59,169 nt of DNA. Origin: Chitinophagaceae bacterium UBA2793 (GTDB lineage: Bacteria > Bacteroidota > Bacteroidia > Chitinophagales > Chitinophagaceae). This document shows, one piece after another, positions 29,850 through 39,503 of the stretch (positions are counted from its first letter, which is position 1; the number at the start of each line of letters is the position of its first letter). The position numbers and the translations under genes are program-made. Below the pieces are notes generated by a model that did not search any database, was not told the DNA's origin, and worked only from the letters and a program-made list of their open reading frames with translations. The stretch spans positions 5,265-64,433 of the forward strand of contig DEHT01000016.1 of assembly GCA_002352045.1 (NCBI GenBank), given 5' to 3'.

Positions 29850-31406
29850 ATGAGCATAGCAAAAATTCTTTGGGTTGATGATGAAATAGACAGTTTGCAA
29901 TCGCAAATAATGTTTTTAGAAAATAAAGGATATTCCGTAGATACCAAAACCAACGGTTTTGATGCTGTGGAATATGTGAAAGATAATATTGTGGATGTGG
30001 TACTAATGGATGAAAGCATGCCCGGCATTACAGGCTTGCAGGTGTTGCAGCAATTAAAAGAAATAAACAGCACATTGCCGGTGGTATTGATTACAAAAAA
30101 CGAGGCTGAAAATATAATGGACGAGGCTATTGGAAGCCAAATAACCGATTACCTTATAAAGCCGGTAAACCCCAACCAGGTTTGGCTAAGCCTTAAAAAG
30201 ATTATAGACAACAAAAGGCTGGTGGCTGAAAAAACAACCAGCGCATATCAACAGGAATTTCGTAATCTATTTATGGCGTTGAACAATAATCCCGATTACA
30301 ACGAATGGATGAACCTTTATAAAAAATTGGTGTATTGGGAATTGGAAATGAAAAAAAGCGACAGCCCCGAAATGCAGGAAGTTTTTTCTACCCAGAAGCA
30401 GGAAGCTAATACAGAGTTTTTTAAATACGTTTCAAAAAATTATGCAGGCTGGGTTTCGCCTAAAGGCATGGAAGCTCCAATAATGAGCCACAATCTTATG
30501 AAGTTTAAAGTGCTGCCTCATTTAGAAAAAGGAGTGCCTTTGTTTTTTGTATTAATTGACAACCTGCGTTTCGACCAATGGCGTGCTATTCAACCCATAT
30601 TTGCCGGTAGTTTTCGAATTTTAGAAGAAGAAAGTTTTTATGCTATACTTCCCACAGCAACGCAGTATGCACGCAATGCAATTTTTGCAGGCTTATTGCC
30701 CATTGAAATTGAAAAACAATTTCCAACCCTTTGGAAAAATGATGATGACGAAGGTGGAAAAAATTTGCATGAAGAAGATTTCTTGAGAGCTCAATTAAAA
30801 AGAGCGGGCAAAGGCGATCTTAAAATTTCATTCACCAAAATAACCAACAATAACGATGGACAAAAAATGGTGGACAATATGCACAATCTCATGCAAAACG
30901 ACCTGAATGTAATCGTATATAATTTTGTGGATATGCTAAGCCATGCCCGAACCGAAATGGAAGTATTGAAAGAATTAGCGGGAGACGAAACCAGTTACCG
31001 CAGCATTACTCAAAGCTGGTTTGAACACAGCCCACTTCACCAGGCATTAAAAAAAGTTGCCGATAAAAATGTGAACCTTGTAGTGGCAACCGACCATGGC
31101 AGCACCCGGGTAAAAACTCCCGTTAAAGTTATTGGCGACAAGCAAACAACCAGCAATCTACGCTACAAGCATGGAAGAAATTTAAACTATGAACCAAAAG
31201 ATGTACTGGCTTTTAAAGATCCCAAAGATGCCGGGTTGCCGGCACCTAATGTAAACAGCAGCTTCATTTTTGCTAAAGAAGATTTGTTTTTGTGCTATCC
31301 AAACAACTACAATCATTTTGTAAACTATTATCGTAATACGTTTCAGCATGGAGGTGTGAGCCTTGAAGAAATGATAGTACCTGTTATAAGGATGAGTAGC
31401 AAATAA
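29850..31406 (+). CDS. porX: PorX-type response regulator (CheY receiver fused to a PglZ/alkaline-phosphatase-superfamily domain)
   Basis: The receiver reads ILWVDDE...VLMDESMPGITG...LIKP. The C-terminal PglZ-like region contains VYNFVDMLSHAR and ATDHGS. The 518 aa length matches PorX. Confidence 0.8.
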   Translation: MSIAKILWVDDEIDSLQSQIMFLENKGYSVDTKTNGFDAVEYVKDNIVDVVLMDESMPGITGLQVLQQLKEINSTLPVVLITKNEAENIMDEAIGSQITDYLIKPVNPNQVWLSLKKIIDNKRLVAEKTTSAYQQEFRNLFMALNNNPDYNEWMNLYKKLVYWELEMKKSDSPEMQEVFSTQKQEANTEFFKYVSKNYAGWVSPKGMEAPIMSHNLMKFKVLPHLEKGVPLFFVLIDNLRFDQWRAIQPIFAGSFRILEEESFYAILPTATQYARNAIFAGLLPIEIEKQFPTLWKNDDDEGGKNLHEEDFLRAQLKRAGKGDLKISFTKITNNNDGQKMVDNMHNLMQNDLNVIVYNFVDMLSHARTEMEVLKELAGDETSYRSITQSWFEHSPLHQALKKVADKNVNLVVATDHGSTRVKTPVKVIGDKQTTSNLRYKHGRNLNYEPKDVLAFKDPKDAGLPAPNVNSSFIFAKEDLFLCYPNNYNHFVNYYRNTFQHGGVSLEEMIVPVIRMSSK

Positions 31407-31545
31407 TTCGGCATCCAACAAACCCTGCTTCGGTAGCGCAAAAATTTATTCCACAACTTGTGGAGAATGTTTTTTTGCAATAACCTACTATTGATAGAAG
31501 TTGCAGTTAGTTAAAATTAAAAAAGACTCTTAAAGGGTTTTACTT

Positions 31546-31815
31546 ATGAAGTTTACTCAAAACACATTAGACAAAATTGAAAGAATAGTTGAAGAAAGCG
31601 GCTATGTAATTCGGTATGAAAGGGGCAACTTTCAAAGTGGGTACTGCATACTGCAGGCAAAAAAAGTGGTTGTATTGAACAAGTTTTTACAAACCGAAGG
31701 CCGCATCAACACTGTTATAGATTTGCTGCCGCAATTAGACATTAATTTTGATGCACTTACATTGGAGAGTCAAAAACTTTATCACGAGTTACAAGCCGTA
31801 GCGGTAGAAAACTAA
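31546..31815 (+). CDS. Hypothetical 89-aa protein
   Basis: ATG-initiated ORF with no overlapping competitor, followed by a terminator-like hairpin. I recognised no motif. Confidence 0.5.
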   Translation: MKFTQNTLDKIERIVEESGYVIRYERGNFQSGYCILQAKKVVVLNKFLQTEGRINTVIDLLPQLDINFDALTLESQKLYHELQAVAVEN

Positions 31816-31839
31816 ATAGTTAATTTACCATTATACAAA

Positions 31840-31867
31840 GGAGCTTCATTTTTGGAGCTCTTTTTTT
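31840..31867 (+). terminator. Candidate intrinsic terminator
   Basis: GGAGCT...AGCTCT is a 6-bp stem with one G.U pair, followed by a 7-T run at 31861-31867. Confidence 0.45.
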
Positions 31868-31893
31868 ATTAATTACCCAACAGCAAACATTTT

Positions 31894-31901
31894 TATATTT
31901 G
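31894..31901 (+). promoter_or_regulatory. Candidate -7 promoter box (TAnnTTTG) for the HIT gene
   Basis: TATATTTG lies 14 nt upstream of the ATG at 31916. Motif match only. Confidence 0.3.
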
Positions 31902-31915
31902 TAAAAAATAAAATC

Positions 31916-32305
31916 ATGACCATTTTTTCTAAAATAATTTCCGGCGAAATACCTTCTTACAAAATAGCCGAAAACGATTTTTTTCTTGCTTTTTTGGATG
32001 TGTTTCCATTGGTGAAAGGGCACGTATTGGTAGTGCCAAAAATTGAAGTTGATAAAATTTTTGATTTAAGTAACGAATACCTTTCACAAATGCTTGTATT
32101 TGCTAAGCCTATTGCCAAAGCCATTGAAAAAACGATGGATTGCAAACGCTGTGGCATAAGCGTAGTAGGGCTTGAGGTACCCCATGCACATATGCATTTA
32201 TTGCCTATTAATACTGCCAACGATTTAAACTTTACACAAGCAAAAATTGAAGTTGACAAAGAAGAAATGTTGGCAATTCAACAGTGCATCATTCAAAATT
32301 TATAA
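31916..32305 (+). CDS. HIT-family nucleotide hydrolase/transferase
   Basis: Histidine triad HAHMHLLP and the N-terminal IFSKII.GEIPS pattern. Confidence 0.85.
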   Translation: MTIFSKIISGEIPSYKIAENDFFLAFLDVFPLVKGHVLVVPKIEVDKIFDLSNEYLSQMLVFAKPIAKAIEKTMDCKRCGISVVGLEVPHAHMHLLPINTANDLNFTQAKIEVDKEEMLAIQQCIIQNL

Positions 32306-32330
32306 ACCTATTATTCTACAACTCGGCATT

Positions 32331-33875
32331 ATGAAAAAAAATTTCGCTCTTCTTATTCTCCTTGTTGCAGGCTTTTCAAGCTCTGCTCAACTTACAGCCA
32401 CACAAATAGACAGCCTGGTTACTGCTACTTTAAAAAGATTTGATGTGCCGGGCATTGCAGTAGGCATTGTTAAAGATGGCAACCTTATTCATGCAAAAGG
32501 TTATGGTGTTCGCTCGCTCAAAAATAATTTACCGGTTGATGAAAATACGTTGTTTGGTATTGCCAGCAATAGCAAAGCATTTACCTGTATGGCACTGGCA
32601 CAATTGGTTGATGAAAAAAAGCTAAAATGGACCGATAAAGTGCGAAGCATACTTCCCGAGTTTACTATGCCAGATGCTTATGTGGCAGAGGAATTTAATA
32701 TTAAAGATTTATTGGTGCATAGAAGTGGCCTGGGCCTCGGCGCCGGCGACCTTATGTTTTTTCCCGAAGGCGGCAACTTTACCGTAACGGATATAATGAA
32801 GAACTTAAAACACTTTAAACCCGAATCGAGTTTTAGAACCGAATTTCAATACGACAACAGCTTGTATATTATTGCAGGAGAAATAATAAAAAGAGTAAGT
32901 GGTTTAAGTTGGGAAGAATATATAGAACAAAAATTATTGACTCCACTGGGAATGATGAATAGTAAAGCATCGTATAACCGGGTACCTGCAAACGCTAATA
33001 TTATTGATGCACATGTGCCCATAAATGGTAAAGTAGAAGCTATCCCACACGACTGGAGCGAACTTGCAAATCCGGCAGGCGGCATTATGAGCAATGTAAG
33101 CGACTTAAGCAAATGGTTAATTGCACTCATGAATAATGCTACCTTACCCAACGGAAAAAAAATGGTATCTGTAGAACAGCTCAATGATATTTGGAACATA
33201 CAAACGGTAATACCTACCACAAGAGCGGCTCCATACTTTAGCAACTTTGCCGGCTATGGACTGGGCTGGTTTATAAATGATGTAAATGGACAAAAACAAG
33301 TAGGCCATACCGGTGGATTGCTGGGAACAGTAACGCAAATAACCATACTCCCTCATTTAAACTTGGGTATTATAGTTTTAACCAATCAGCAACAGGGTGT
33401 TGCCTTTAATACTATTAGCAATACCATTAAAGATGCTTATCTTAAAAATGAACAAAGAAATTGGTTGAAAATTTATGGGGAAAGATTTGATCGCAACAAT
33501 ACATCTTACAAAAATATTTCCGACAGCATTTACAAATTAGTGGCAGCAGCGCAAAAATCAACCACGCTCAATAAAAAAGAAAATATTTTAGGCCAATATA
33601 ATGATGCCTGGTTTGGCAAAGCAACCATTTATGAACAAAACGCAAAACTCAGAATGAATTTTGAACGCTCACCCAAACTTAAGGGCGAAGTATTGCCACT
33701 CAATTTTAATACCTATGTGGTAAAATGGGATGATAGAAGCTTAGATGCCGATGCCTATTTGAATTTTACTTTTAACACAGCATCCAAATCTGTATCATTT
33801 AGTATGGCGCCAATTTCTCCCATTACCGATTTTAGTTTCGATTTTCAGGATTTAAATTATCAACGAGTAGATTAA
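32331..33875 (+). CDS. Serine hydrolase of the beta-lactamase/PBP (class C-like) superfamily with a C-terminal extra domain
   Basis: I chose the start at the MKKNFALLILL signal peptide (ATG 32331). Motifs are SNSK (SxxK), YDN and HTG. The substrate is unknown. Confidence 0.8.
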   Translation: MKKNFALLILLVAGFSSSAQLTATQIDSLVTATLKRFDVPGIAVGIVKDGNLIHAKGYGVRSLKNNLPVDENTLFGIASNSKAFTCMALAQLVDEKKLKWTDKVRSILPEFTMPDAYVAEEFNIKDLLVHRSGLGLGAGDLMFFPEGGNFTVTDIMKNLKHFKPESSFRTEFQYDNSLYIIAGEIIKRVSGLSWEEYIEQKLLTPLGMMNSKASYNRVPANANIIDAHVPINGKVEAIPHDWSELANPAGGIMSNVSDLSKWLIALMNNATLPNGKKMVSVEQLNDIWNIQTVIPTTRAAPYFSNFAGYGLGWFINDVNGQKQVGHTGGLLGTVTQITILPHLNLGIIVLTNQQQGVAFNTISNTIKDAYLKNEQRNWLKIYGERFDRNNTSYKNISDSIYKLVAAAQKSTTLNKKENILGQYNDAWFGKATIYEQNAKLRMNFERSPKLKGEVLPLNFNTYVVKWDDRSLDADAYLNFTFNTASKSVSFSMAPISPITDFSFDFQDLNYQRVD

Positions 33876-33879
33876 TAGG

Positions 33880-34443
33880 TTAACCTTTTATCCTTTGAGG
33901 ATTCTTTCGAATAAATGCTTCCCAATTATTTTCTGAATTGCCGGAGGTTTTAATTACAGCACTTTGCTGATAGTAATGACAAACCGCTACCGACAAAGCA
34001 TCGGTAGCATCGTAATACTGAGGCTGGTTGCTAATTTCAATCATCCGGTGAAGCATTTTCATTACCTGTTCTTTACTTGCATTACCATTGCCGGTAATAG
34101 CCTGCTTTACTTTTTTGGGCGAATATTCGCATACCGGTAATCTGGCTTGCATGGCTGCTGCAATTGCCACTCCCTGTGCCCGGCCTAACTTTAACATGCT
34201 TTGCACGTTTTTACCAAAAAAAGGGGCTTCAATGGCAAAACTTTGAGGCTTGAATTTTTGAATAAGTTCTGTAACGGTTAAATGAATTTTTTCTAAGCGT
34301 TGGTATGCGTCTAACTTGGGTGACAGTTTTAAAACACCCATATCTACCAGCGATAATTTATTTTGATGAACTGCTATTAAGCCATATCCCATAATAACGG
34401 TTCCGGGATCGATGCCTAAAATGATTTTTGGTTTGTTATACAA
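33880..34443 (-). CDS. ruvC: Holliday junction resolvase RuvC
   Basis: ILGIDPGTVIMGYG and the C-terminal DATDALSVAVCH catalytic acid cluster. The start codon at 34443 is TTG, with no in-frame ATG near the N-terminus. Confidence 0.9.
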   Translation of the reverse strand: MYNKPKIILGIDPGTVIMGYGLIAVHQNKLSLVDMGVLKLSPKLDAYQRLEKIHLTVTELIQKFKPQSFAIEAPFFGKNVQSMLKLGRAQGVAIAAAMQARLPVCEYSPKKVKQAITGNGNASKEQVMKMLHRMIEISNQPQYYDATDALSVAVCHYYQQSAVIKTSGNSENNWEAFIRKNPQRIKG

Positions 34444-34530
34444 GTGCAGCCTATTTTTACGAAAATAATTTTTTAGCTGAACAAAAATATTAAAATAATA
34501 ATCAACTACCTGCTTGCGCCTGTACTCTTT

Positions 34531-35460
34531 GTGCTGCTTGGCATAAGCTTATACAAGCAAATAATTGCACAACCCGACCTTGAGGAGCGATGGGGCCAAA
34601 TTCAACAAAGCTGGCACCAGGGTTTGTTTTGGGTTTCTATATTATTAATGTTTGCAAACTGGGGAGTAGAAGCATGGAAATGGCGCATTCAACTGGCACC
34701 ACTTGAAAAAATATCTTTTTTAAAAGCATTTAAAAGTGTAATGGCAGGATGCAGTATTACCATGCTTACGCCCAACCGTGTGGGTGAGTTTGGCGGAAGA
34801 ATATTGTATGTGCAGGAAAAGTACCGTTTAAGAGCCATCACTCTTACAATACTGGGAAGCATTAGCCAGTTTTTAGTTACCCTCATTATGGGCTCCCTTG
34901 GATTATTGATAATGAAATTTTATTCGGGTCAGCATTCAGAAATTTTTAAAACAATTCCCGGCCTTATAAGCAACAGTTTATTGATTGCCTCTGTCCTTAT
35001 AACCATATTTACTTTAATGTTTTATTTAAGAATAGGATGGTTAATTCATTTATTGGAGCGGGTAAATTTTCTTAGTAAAGCGTTAAAGTATGTTAAACTG
35101 CTGGAAAACTTTACGGCTAAACAATTGTTAACAATTTTAATATTATCGTTTGTTAGGTACCTCATATTTATATTGCAATATATATTGTTGTTAGATGTGT
35201 TGGGAGTGGAAGTGAGCTACCAGCTTAGCTTTTGGCTATTAACTATATTCTATTTGATAATGGCTATGGCTCCTACCATTGGTTTTACCGAACTACCGGT
35301 GAGGGCAACTGCAAGTGTGGAATTATTTAAACTATACAGCAGCAATATAGTCGGAATACAGGCCGCTGCTTTAGGCATTTGGATAATTAACCTGGTAATA
35401 CCGGCCATAATTGGTAGTCTATTAATATTTGGAATAAAAATTACAAAAGACGATGCATAG
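34531..35460 (+). CDS. Polytopic membrane protein, flippase-like / lysyl-PG-synthase-TM-like family
   Basis: About 8 predicted TM helices. The track start is GTG at 34531. The reading frame is open from 34477 and the upstream residues already look like a TM helix, so the true start is uncertain. Confidence 0.55.
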   Translation: MLLGISLYKQIIAQPDLEERWGQIQQSWHQGLFWVSILLMFANWGVEAWKWRIQLAPLEKISFLKAFKSVMAGCSITMLTPNRVGEFGGRILYVQEKYRLRAITLTILGSISQFLVTLIMGSLGLLIMKFYSGQHSEIFKTIPGLISNSLLIASVLITIFTLMFYLRIGWLIHLLERVNFLSKALKYVKLLENFTAKQLLTILILSFVRYLIFILQYILLLDVLGVEVSYQLSFWLLTIFYLIMAMAPTIGFTELPVRATASVELFKLYSSNIVGIQAAALGIWIINLVIPAIIGSLLIFGIKITKDDA

Positions 35461-36262
35461 ATTCTTTAGAAGTTTTTTAGTTGTATTTGTAATAACAGCA
35501 ATAAGCTTTGTACCTGCACAAACCACCCCTCAAGCCGATTTTTGCGGAATAAAAAATACAGCCTTTAAAGATGGGGAAGTAGTGGTGATGAAAGTTTATT
35601 ACCGCTCCGTTGGTTATATCGGTGCCGGGGAAGCCACCTTTAGCACCAGGCTGGAGCGATACAATGGAAAGCCCGTTTACCATTTTGTAGGCGAAGGAAG
35701 AACCTATTCTTTTTTTGATAATTTTTTTAAAGTAAGAGACCGCTACGAAAGTTATGTAGATACTGCCACTATGCTTCCTGTAAAATTTATAAGAAATGTA
35801 GATGAAGGCGGGCATAAACGGTACAATAATGTAACCTTTAATCAAACAGCCAATACTGCTGTAAGTACAAAGGGGGTTTATAAAATTACCGATTGCATGC
35901 AGGATGTAGTAAGTGCTATGTATTATGCAAGAAATATTGATTTCAATAAACATAAACCCGGCGACAAAATACCATTTGACATGTATTTAGATGATGAAAT
36001 ATTTCACCTTTACATTCGCTATATGGGAAAAGAAAAAATTAAAACCAAGTATGGAAAGTTCAATGCCATCAAAATAAAACCCCTGCTTGTAAAAGGTACC
36101 ATCTTTGAAGGCGGAGAAAAAATGAATGCATGGATAAGCGACGACCAAAACCGTTTACTGTTGAGAGTTGAAAGCCCCATTTCGGTTGGCAGTGTGGTGG
36201 TAGATATGCATCAATACAGAGGGTTAAGGTATCCACTCACTTCTTTATTAAGCGTAAGATAA
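35453..36262 (+). CDS. Exported hypothetical protein (DUF3108-like, from memory)
   Basis: Signal peptide FLVVFVITAISFVPAQ and a beta-rich sequence. It overlaps the upstream gene by 8 nt. Confidence 0.5.
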   Translation: MHRFFRSFLVVFVITAISFVPAQTTPQADFCGIKNTAFKDGEVVVMKVYYRSVGYIGAGEATFSTRLERYNGKPVYHFVGEGRTYSFFDNFFKVRDRYESYVDTATMLPVKFIRNVDEGGHKRYNNVTFNQTANTAVSTKGVYKITDCMQDVVSAMYYARNIDFNKHKPGDKIPFDMYLDDEIFHLYIRYMGKEKIKTKYGKFNAIKIKPLLVKGTIFEGGEKMNAWISDDQNRLLLRVESPISVGSVVVDMHQYRGLRYPLTSLLSVR

Positions 36263-36299
36263 ATGATGGCCGGCTAACAGATTTCCTTTTATTTTTGAA

Positions 36300-36307
36300 A
36301 AATTTCA
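36300..36307 (+). promoter_or_regulatory. Candidate -7 promoter box (TAnnTTTG)
   Basis: TATTTTTG lies 16 nt upstream of the ATG at 36324. Motif match only. Confidence 0.3.
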
Positions 36308-36323
36308 CACTTAAAAAAACTTT

Positions 36324-38657
36324 ATGAAACTAACCCTACTAAAACAAATTGCTTTTCTATTCTTATTATTTATTTCTCCTTTTTTTGGTTATAGTCAATT
36401 AAGTGAGAAAATTCATTTTCAAACAGATAAGGATATTTATTTGCCCGGTGAAACTGTTTGGTTTAAATGCTTTGTATTTTTCGCCAATAAACCATCCACT
36501 GCAAGCACCAATATTGTAATAGGGATTTATGGCAATGATGGATTGTTAATTCAAAAGAAAAAATTTCCTTTAATAGATGGCACTTGCGCCGGCGAATTTG
36601 TATTGCCAGATAGTATTAATAGTTCTTACTTAAGGCTGATGGCTAAAACCATTAACAGCATTAACCCTTTTCAAAAAACAGTGGCCATATATAGACCCGG
36701 CAAAGCTATTGAAATTCCGTACCAGGAAGGCAGCAATGAAATGAGTGTGAATATTCTATCCGAAAACACAACTGTAGCCCCATCAATAAACAATCATTTT
36801 TTATTGTATGCCCAAAGAAATGGCAAAGGCGAAGAAATAGTGGCAGGTATTTACAATCAACAGCACCTGTTTGTTGATTCTGTTTTTACCAATCAATATG
36901 GCTATGCCAATTTTCAACTTACTCCAAAGCCCGGCGAACATTATTATGCCGAATGGAAAAATGATAAAGGAATATCACATAAAACAGAACTACCCCAAGT
37001 AGGTTCACAATACATTTCCTTACATTCTGAGCAATCAAAAAATTTACTTTATTATAATATTCAAATTGCCAACAACTGGGTCGATAATGAAACGCTAACT
37101 GTTCAATTAATTAATGGTATGGATACCTTATACAAGGCATCTATTCAAACAAAATCACAGAAACAAATTACCGGTTCCATCCCATTAGACTCTTTGCAAA
37201 AGGGGCTGGCATATTTGCAATTATTAAACAACAGCAACCAACTTTTACAGCAAAAGCCAGTATTGCTTCAGTCGCCAAAATTTTTACCGGTTATACGGCA
37301 TACAGGCAAATCATTTTCACCAAAAGGAAAAAATATTGTTGAAATTTCTTCCACCGATTTGGCCGTTTACGACCTTTCATTGTCTATTACAGATATTCAG
37401 TTTTCGAGTAATGAATATAATCATTCGATTTACGACGATTTGTGGTCGGCAAAAGCAAACGGTTTTGAGTTATACAATGCACTATCACTCAACGAATCTA
37501 AATACATTCAAAATGTAATAAGTGCTTTCAGCAATTTGAGGATAATTGCTCCTGCAAAACAAAAACAGGATAACTATTTGCAATGGAATATAGAACAAAA
37601 GGATCATTCACCCCTTCCTAACGCAGCAATAGCCAGTATTATTTTGGCAGATAAACAAGGTAAAAAACAATTCCTAAGTCTTGCCCCTGAAAATGAATAT
37701 ATCTTTAGCTTGCAAAATGTGTTACTGTTCGACTCCGCAAAACTTTACTATTCCATTTTGAATAGCAAGCCAACAACAGAAAAATTGAAGATCTCATCTA
37801 CCGGAGTTCAAATTGATATTCCTGAAAAAATTGCTGCATTGCCAACAAAATTGGTAGATCAAAACTTTTCATCCAATAACAACTCAGTTAAACTACCCTA
37901 TTCATTACCAAATGAAAACTACATTAAAAAGCCTACGCTGTTTAATGATGTGCAAACCATGCAGGCTGTTGTGGTAAACTCAAAAAAGGTAAACCCTGTT
38001 ACAAAAAGATTAATTGAACTTGAAGACAGATATACCAGCGGCTTGAGTAAAGGAATGGCAAGAGGCTATCAATTGAATGTAATAGACGACCCCAATGCAG
38101 AAATGGCGGTGGATTTGTTTAGTTTTTTATCAACCAGGCTTGGCATGTTTATAAGAGGGCAACTTGGTTCAAGGGCACTTGAGTTTATGAGAGGTGCTAC
38201 TTCGGGTGATGCTGCAATACCTGTTTTATTTGTTGATGACACAGAATCATCCTGGGATATTTTAGAAAGATACCAGGCTAAAGATTTAGCTTATGTTAAA
38301 GCCATACCCGGCATTGTGATTACACCTACCGGCACTTCTACAAGTGGCGTTCTATATGTTTATACCCGTAAAGGGAAAGACATAAAAGGAAACGAAAATG
38401 TAGGAATGGTAGCTGTTAAAGTTAAAGGTTACGATAGCAGCAAAGAATTTACATTGCCCAATTACAATGATGATAACTCAATAAAACAAACCGATTACCG
38501 ATCTACTTTATACTGGAATCCATTCATCAATACAGAGGGCGGCAACACTGTAAAAATTGAATATTTCAACAATGATATTTCAACAAGGCATTTACTGGTT
38601 TTAAAAGGCTTTGATGCTGATGGTTTTCCTTTTGAAATAAGGCAAATATTGGAGTAA
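36324..38657 (+). CDS. Large exported hypothetical protein with a C-terminal TonB-receptor-plug-like segment
   Basis: 777 aa with a signal peptide. The C-terminal ~200 aa (VVVNSKK...FIRGQLGS...PVLFVDD...VKAIPG...GVLYVYTRKG) resembles a Plug domain, and no beta-barrel follows it. Confidence 0.55.
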   Translation: MKLTLLKQIAFLFLLFISPFFGYSQLSEKIHFQTDKDIYLPGETVWFKCFVFFANKPSTASTNIVIGIYGNDGLLIQKKKFPLIDGTCAGEFVLPDSINSSYLRLMAKTINSINPFQKTVAIYRPGKAIEIPYQEGSNEMSVNILSENTTVAPSINNHFLLYAQRNGKGEEIVAGIYNQQHLFVDSVFTNQYGYANFQLTPKPGEHYYAEWKNDKGISHKTELPQVGSQYISLHSEQSKNLLYYNIQIANNWVDNETLTVQLINGMDTLYKASIQTKSQKQITGSIPLDSLQKGLAYLQLLNNSNQLLQQKPVLLQSPKFLPVIRHTGKSFSPKGKNIVEISSTDLAVYDLSLSITDIQFSSNEYNHSIYDDLWSAKANGFELYNALSLNESKYIQNVISAFSNLRIIAPAKQKQDNYLQWNIEQKDHSPLPNAAIASIILADKQGKKQFLSLAPENEYIFSLQNVLLFDSAKLYYSILNSKPTTEKLKISSTGVQIDIPEKIAALPTKLVDQNFSSNNNSVKLPYSLPNENYIKKPTLFNDVQTMQAVVVNSKKVNPVTKRLIELEDRYTSGLSKGMARGYQLNVIDDPNAEMAVDLFSFLSTRLGMFIRGQLGSRALEFMRGATSGDAAIPVLFVDDTESSWDILERYQAKDLAYVKAIPGIVITPTGTSTSGVLYVYTRKGKDIKGNENVGMVAVKVKGYDSSKEFTLPNYNDDNSIKQTDYRSTLYWNPFINTEGGNTVKIEYFNNDISTRHLLVLKGFDADGFPFEIRQILE

Positions 38658-39494
38658 CTATATTTCACTTAGTTTGAAACTATCTTTTACCCGAATACCT
38701 TTTTCTGTTTGTTGTAGCGTGCAACATTCTATTTGTGGGTCATGCTCAAAAAATAAAACAAAATCGTTTTGCTGTGCTTCTATTAAAAAATGTTTCTTTT
38801 CATTTAAAGTAGTAAGCGGAAACATATCGTAAGCCATTACATAAGGAATGGGAATATGACCGGTAGAAGGCAATAAGTCGGCCATATACACAATTGTTTT
38901 TCCTTTGTATTTAATTTCGGGCAGCATCATTGCATCGGTATGGCCAAATGCCTGCCTTATTGCAATACCTTGTGGAAATTCGTTTTGATGTGTTTCAATA
39001 AACTTTAGTTGGCCGCTTTGCTGAATGGGTAAAATATTTTCTTTTAAAAAAGATGCTTTTTCTCTTTCGTTTGGTTCAGTAGCCCATTTCCAATGACGTT
39101 GATTGCTCCAAAAATTTGCATTTTTAAAAGCAGGAACCAGTTGTTCACCATCTCTCACAATGCTGCCGCCGCAGTGGTCAAAATGTAAATGCGTTAAAAG
39201 AACATCGGTAATATCGTTCCTATGAAAACCATGTGCTGCTAAAGATTTATCTAAGCTATCATCGCCATGCATATAATAGTGGCCAAAAAATTTGGCGTCT
39301 TGTTTATCGCCCATTCCATTATCAACCAAAATTAACCTATTGCCATCTTCAATCAATAAACAGCGCAAAGCCCAACTACACATATTGTTTTCATCTGCCG
39401 GGTTTATTTTATGCCATATACTTTTGGGTACTACACCAAACATAGCACCGCCGTCTAATTTAAAATAGCCTGTATTAATTGAATATAAGTTCAT
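38658..39494 (-). CDS. MBL-fold metallo-hydrolase
   Basis: HxHxDH motif HLHFDHCGG plus downstream His/Asp ligands. Confidence 0.85.
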   Translation of the reverse strand: MNLYSINTGYFKLDGGAMFGVVPKSIWHKINPADENNMCSWALRCLLIEDGNRLILVDNGMGDKQDAKFFGHYYMHGDDSLDKSLAAHGFHRNDITDVLLTHLHFDHCGGSIVRDGEQLVPAFKNANFWSNQRHWKWATEPNEREKASFLKENILPIQQSGQLKFIETHQNEFPQGIAIRQAFGHTDAMMLPEIKYKGKTIVYMADLLPSTGHIPIPYVMAYDMFPLTTLNEKKHFLIEAQQNDFVLFFEHDPQIECCTLQQTEKGIRVKDSFKLSEI

Positions 39495-39503
39495 ACTATA
39501 AAG

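Noticed and set aside
29850-31406. A PglZ domain as a possible sign of a BREX or other phage-defence locus
   Set aside because: The PglZ domain is fused to a CheY receiver in a 518-aa protein, which is the PorX architecture. No PglX methyltransferase, BrxC, BrxL or other BREX gene is nearby, and the neighbours are lipid A and HIT housekeeping genes.
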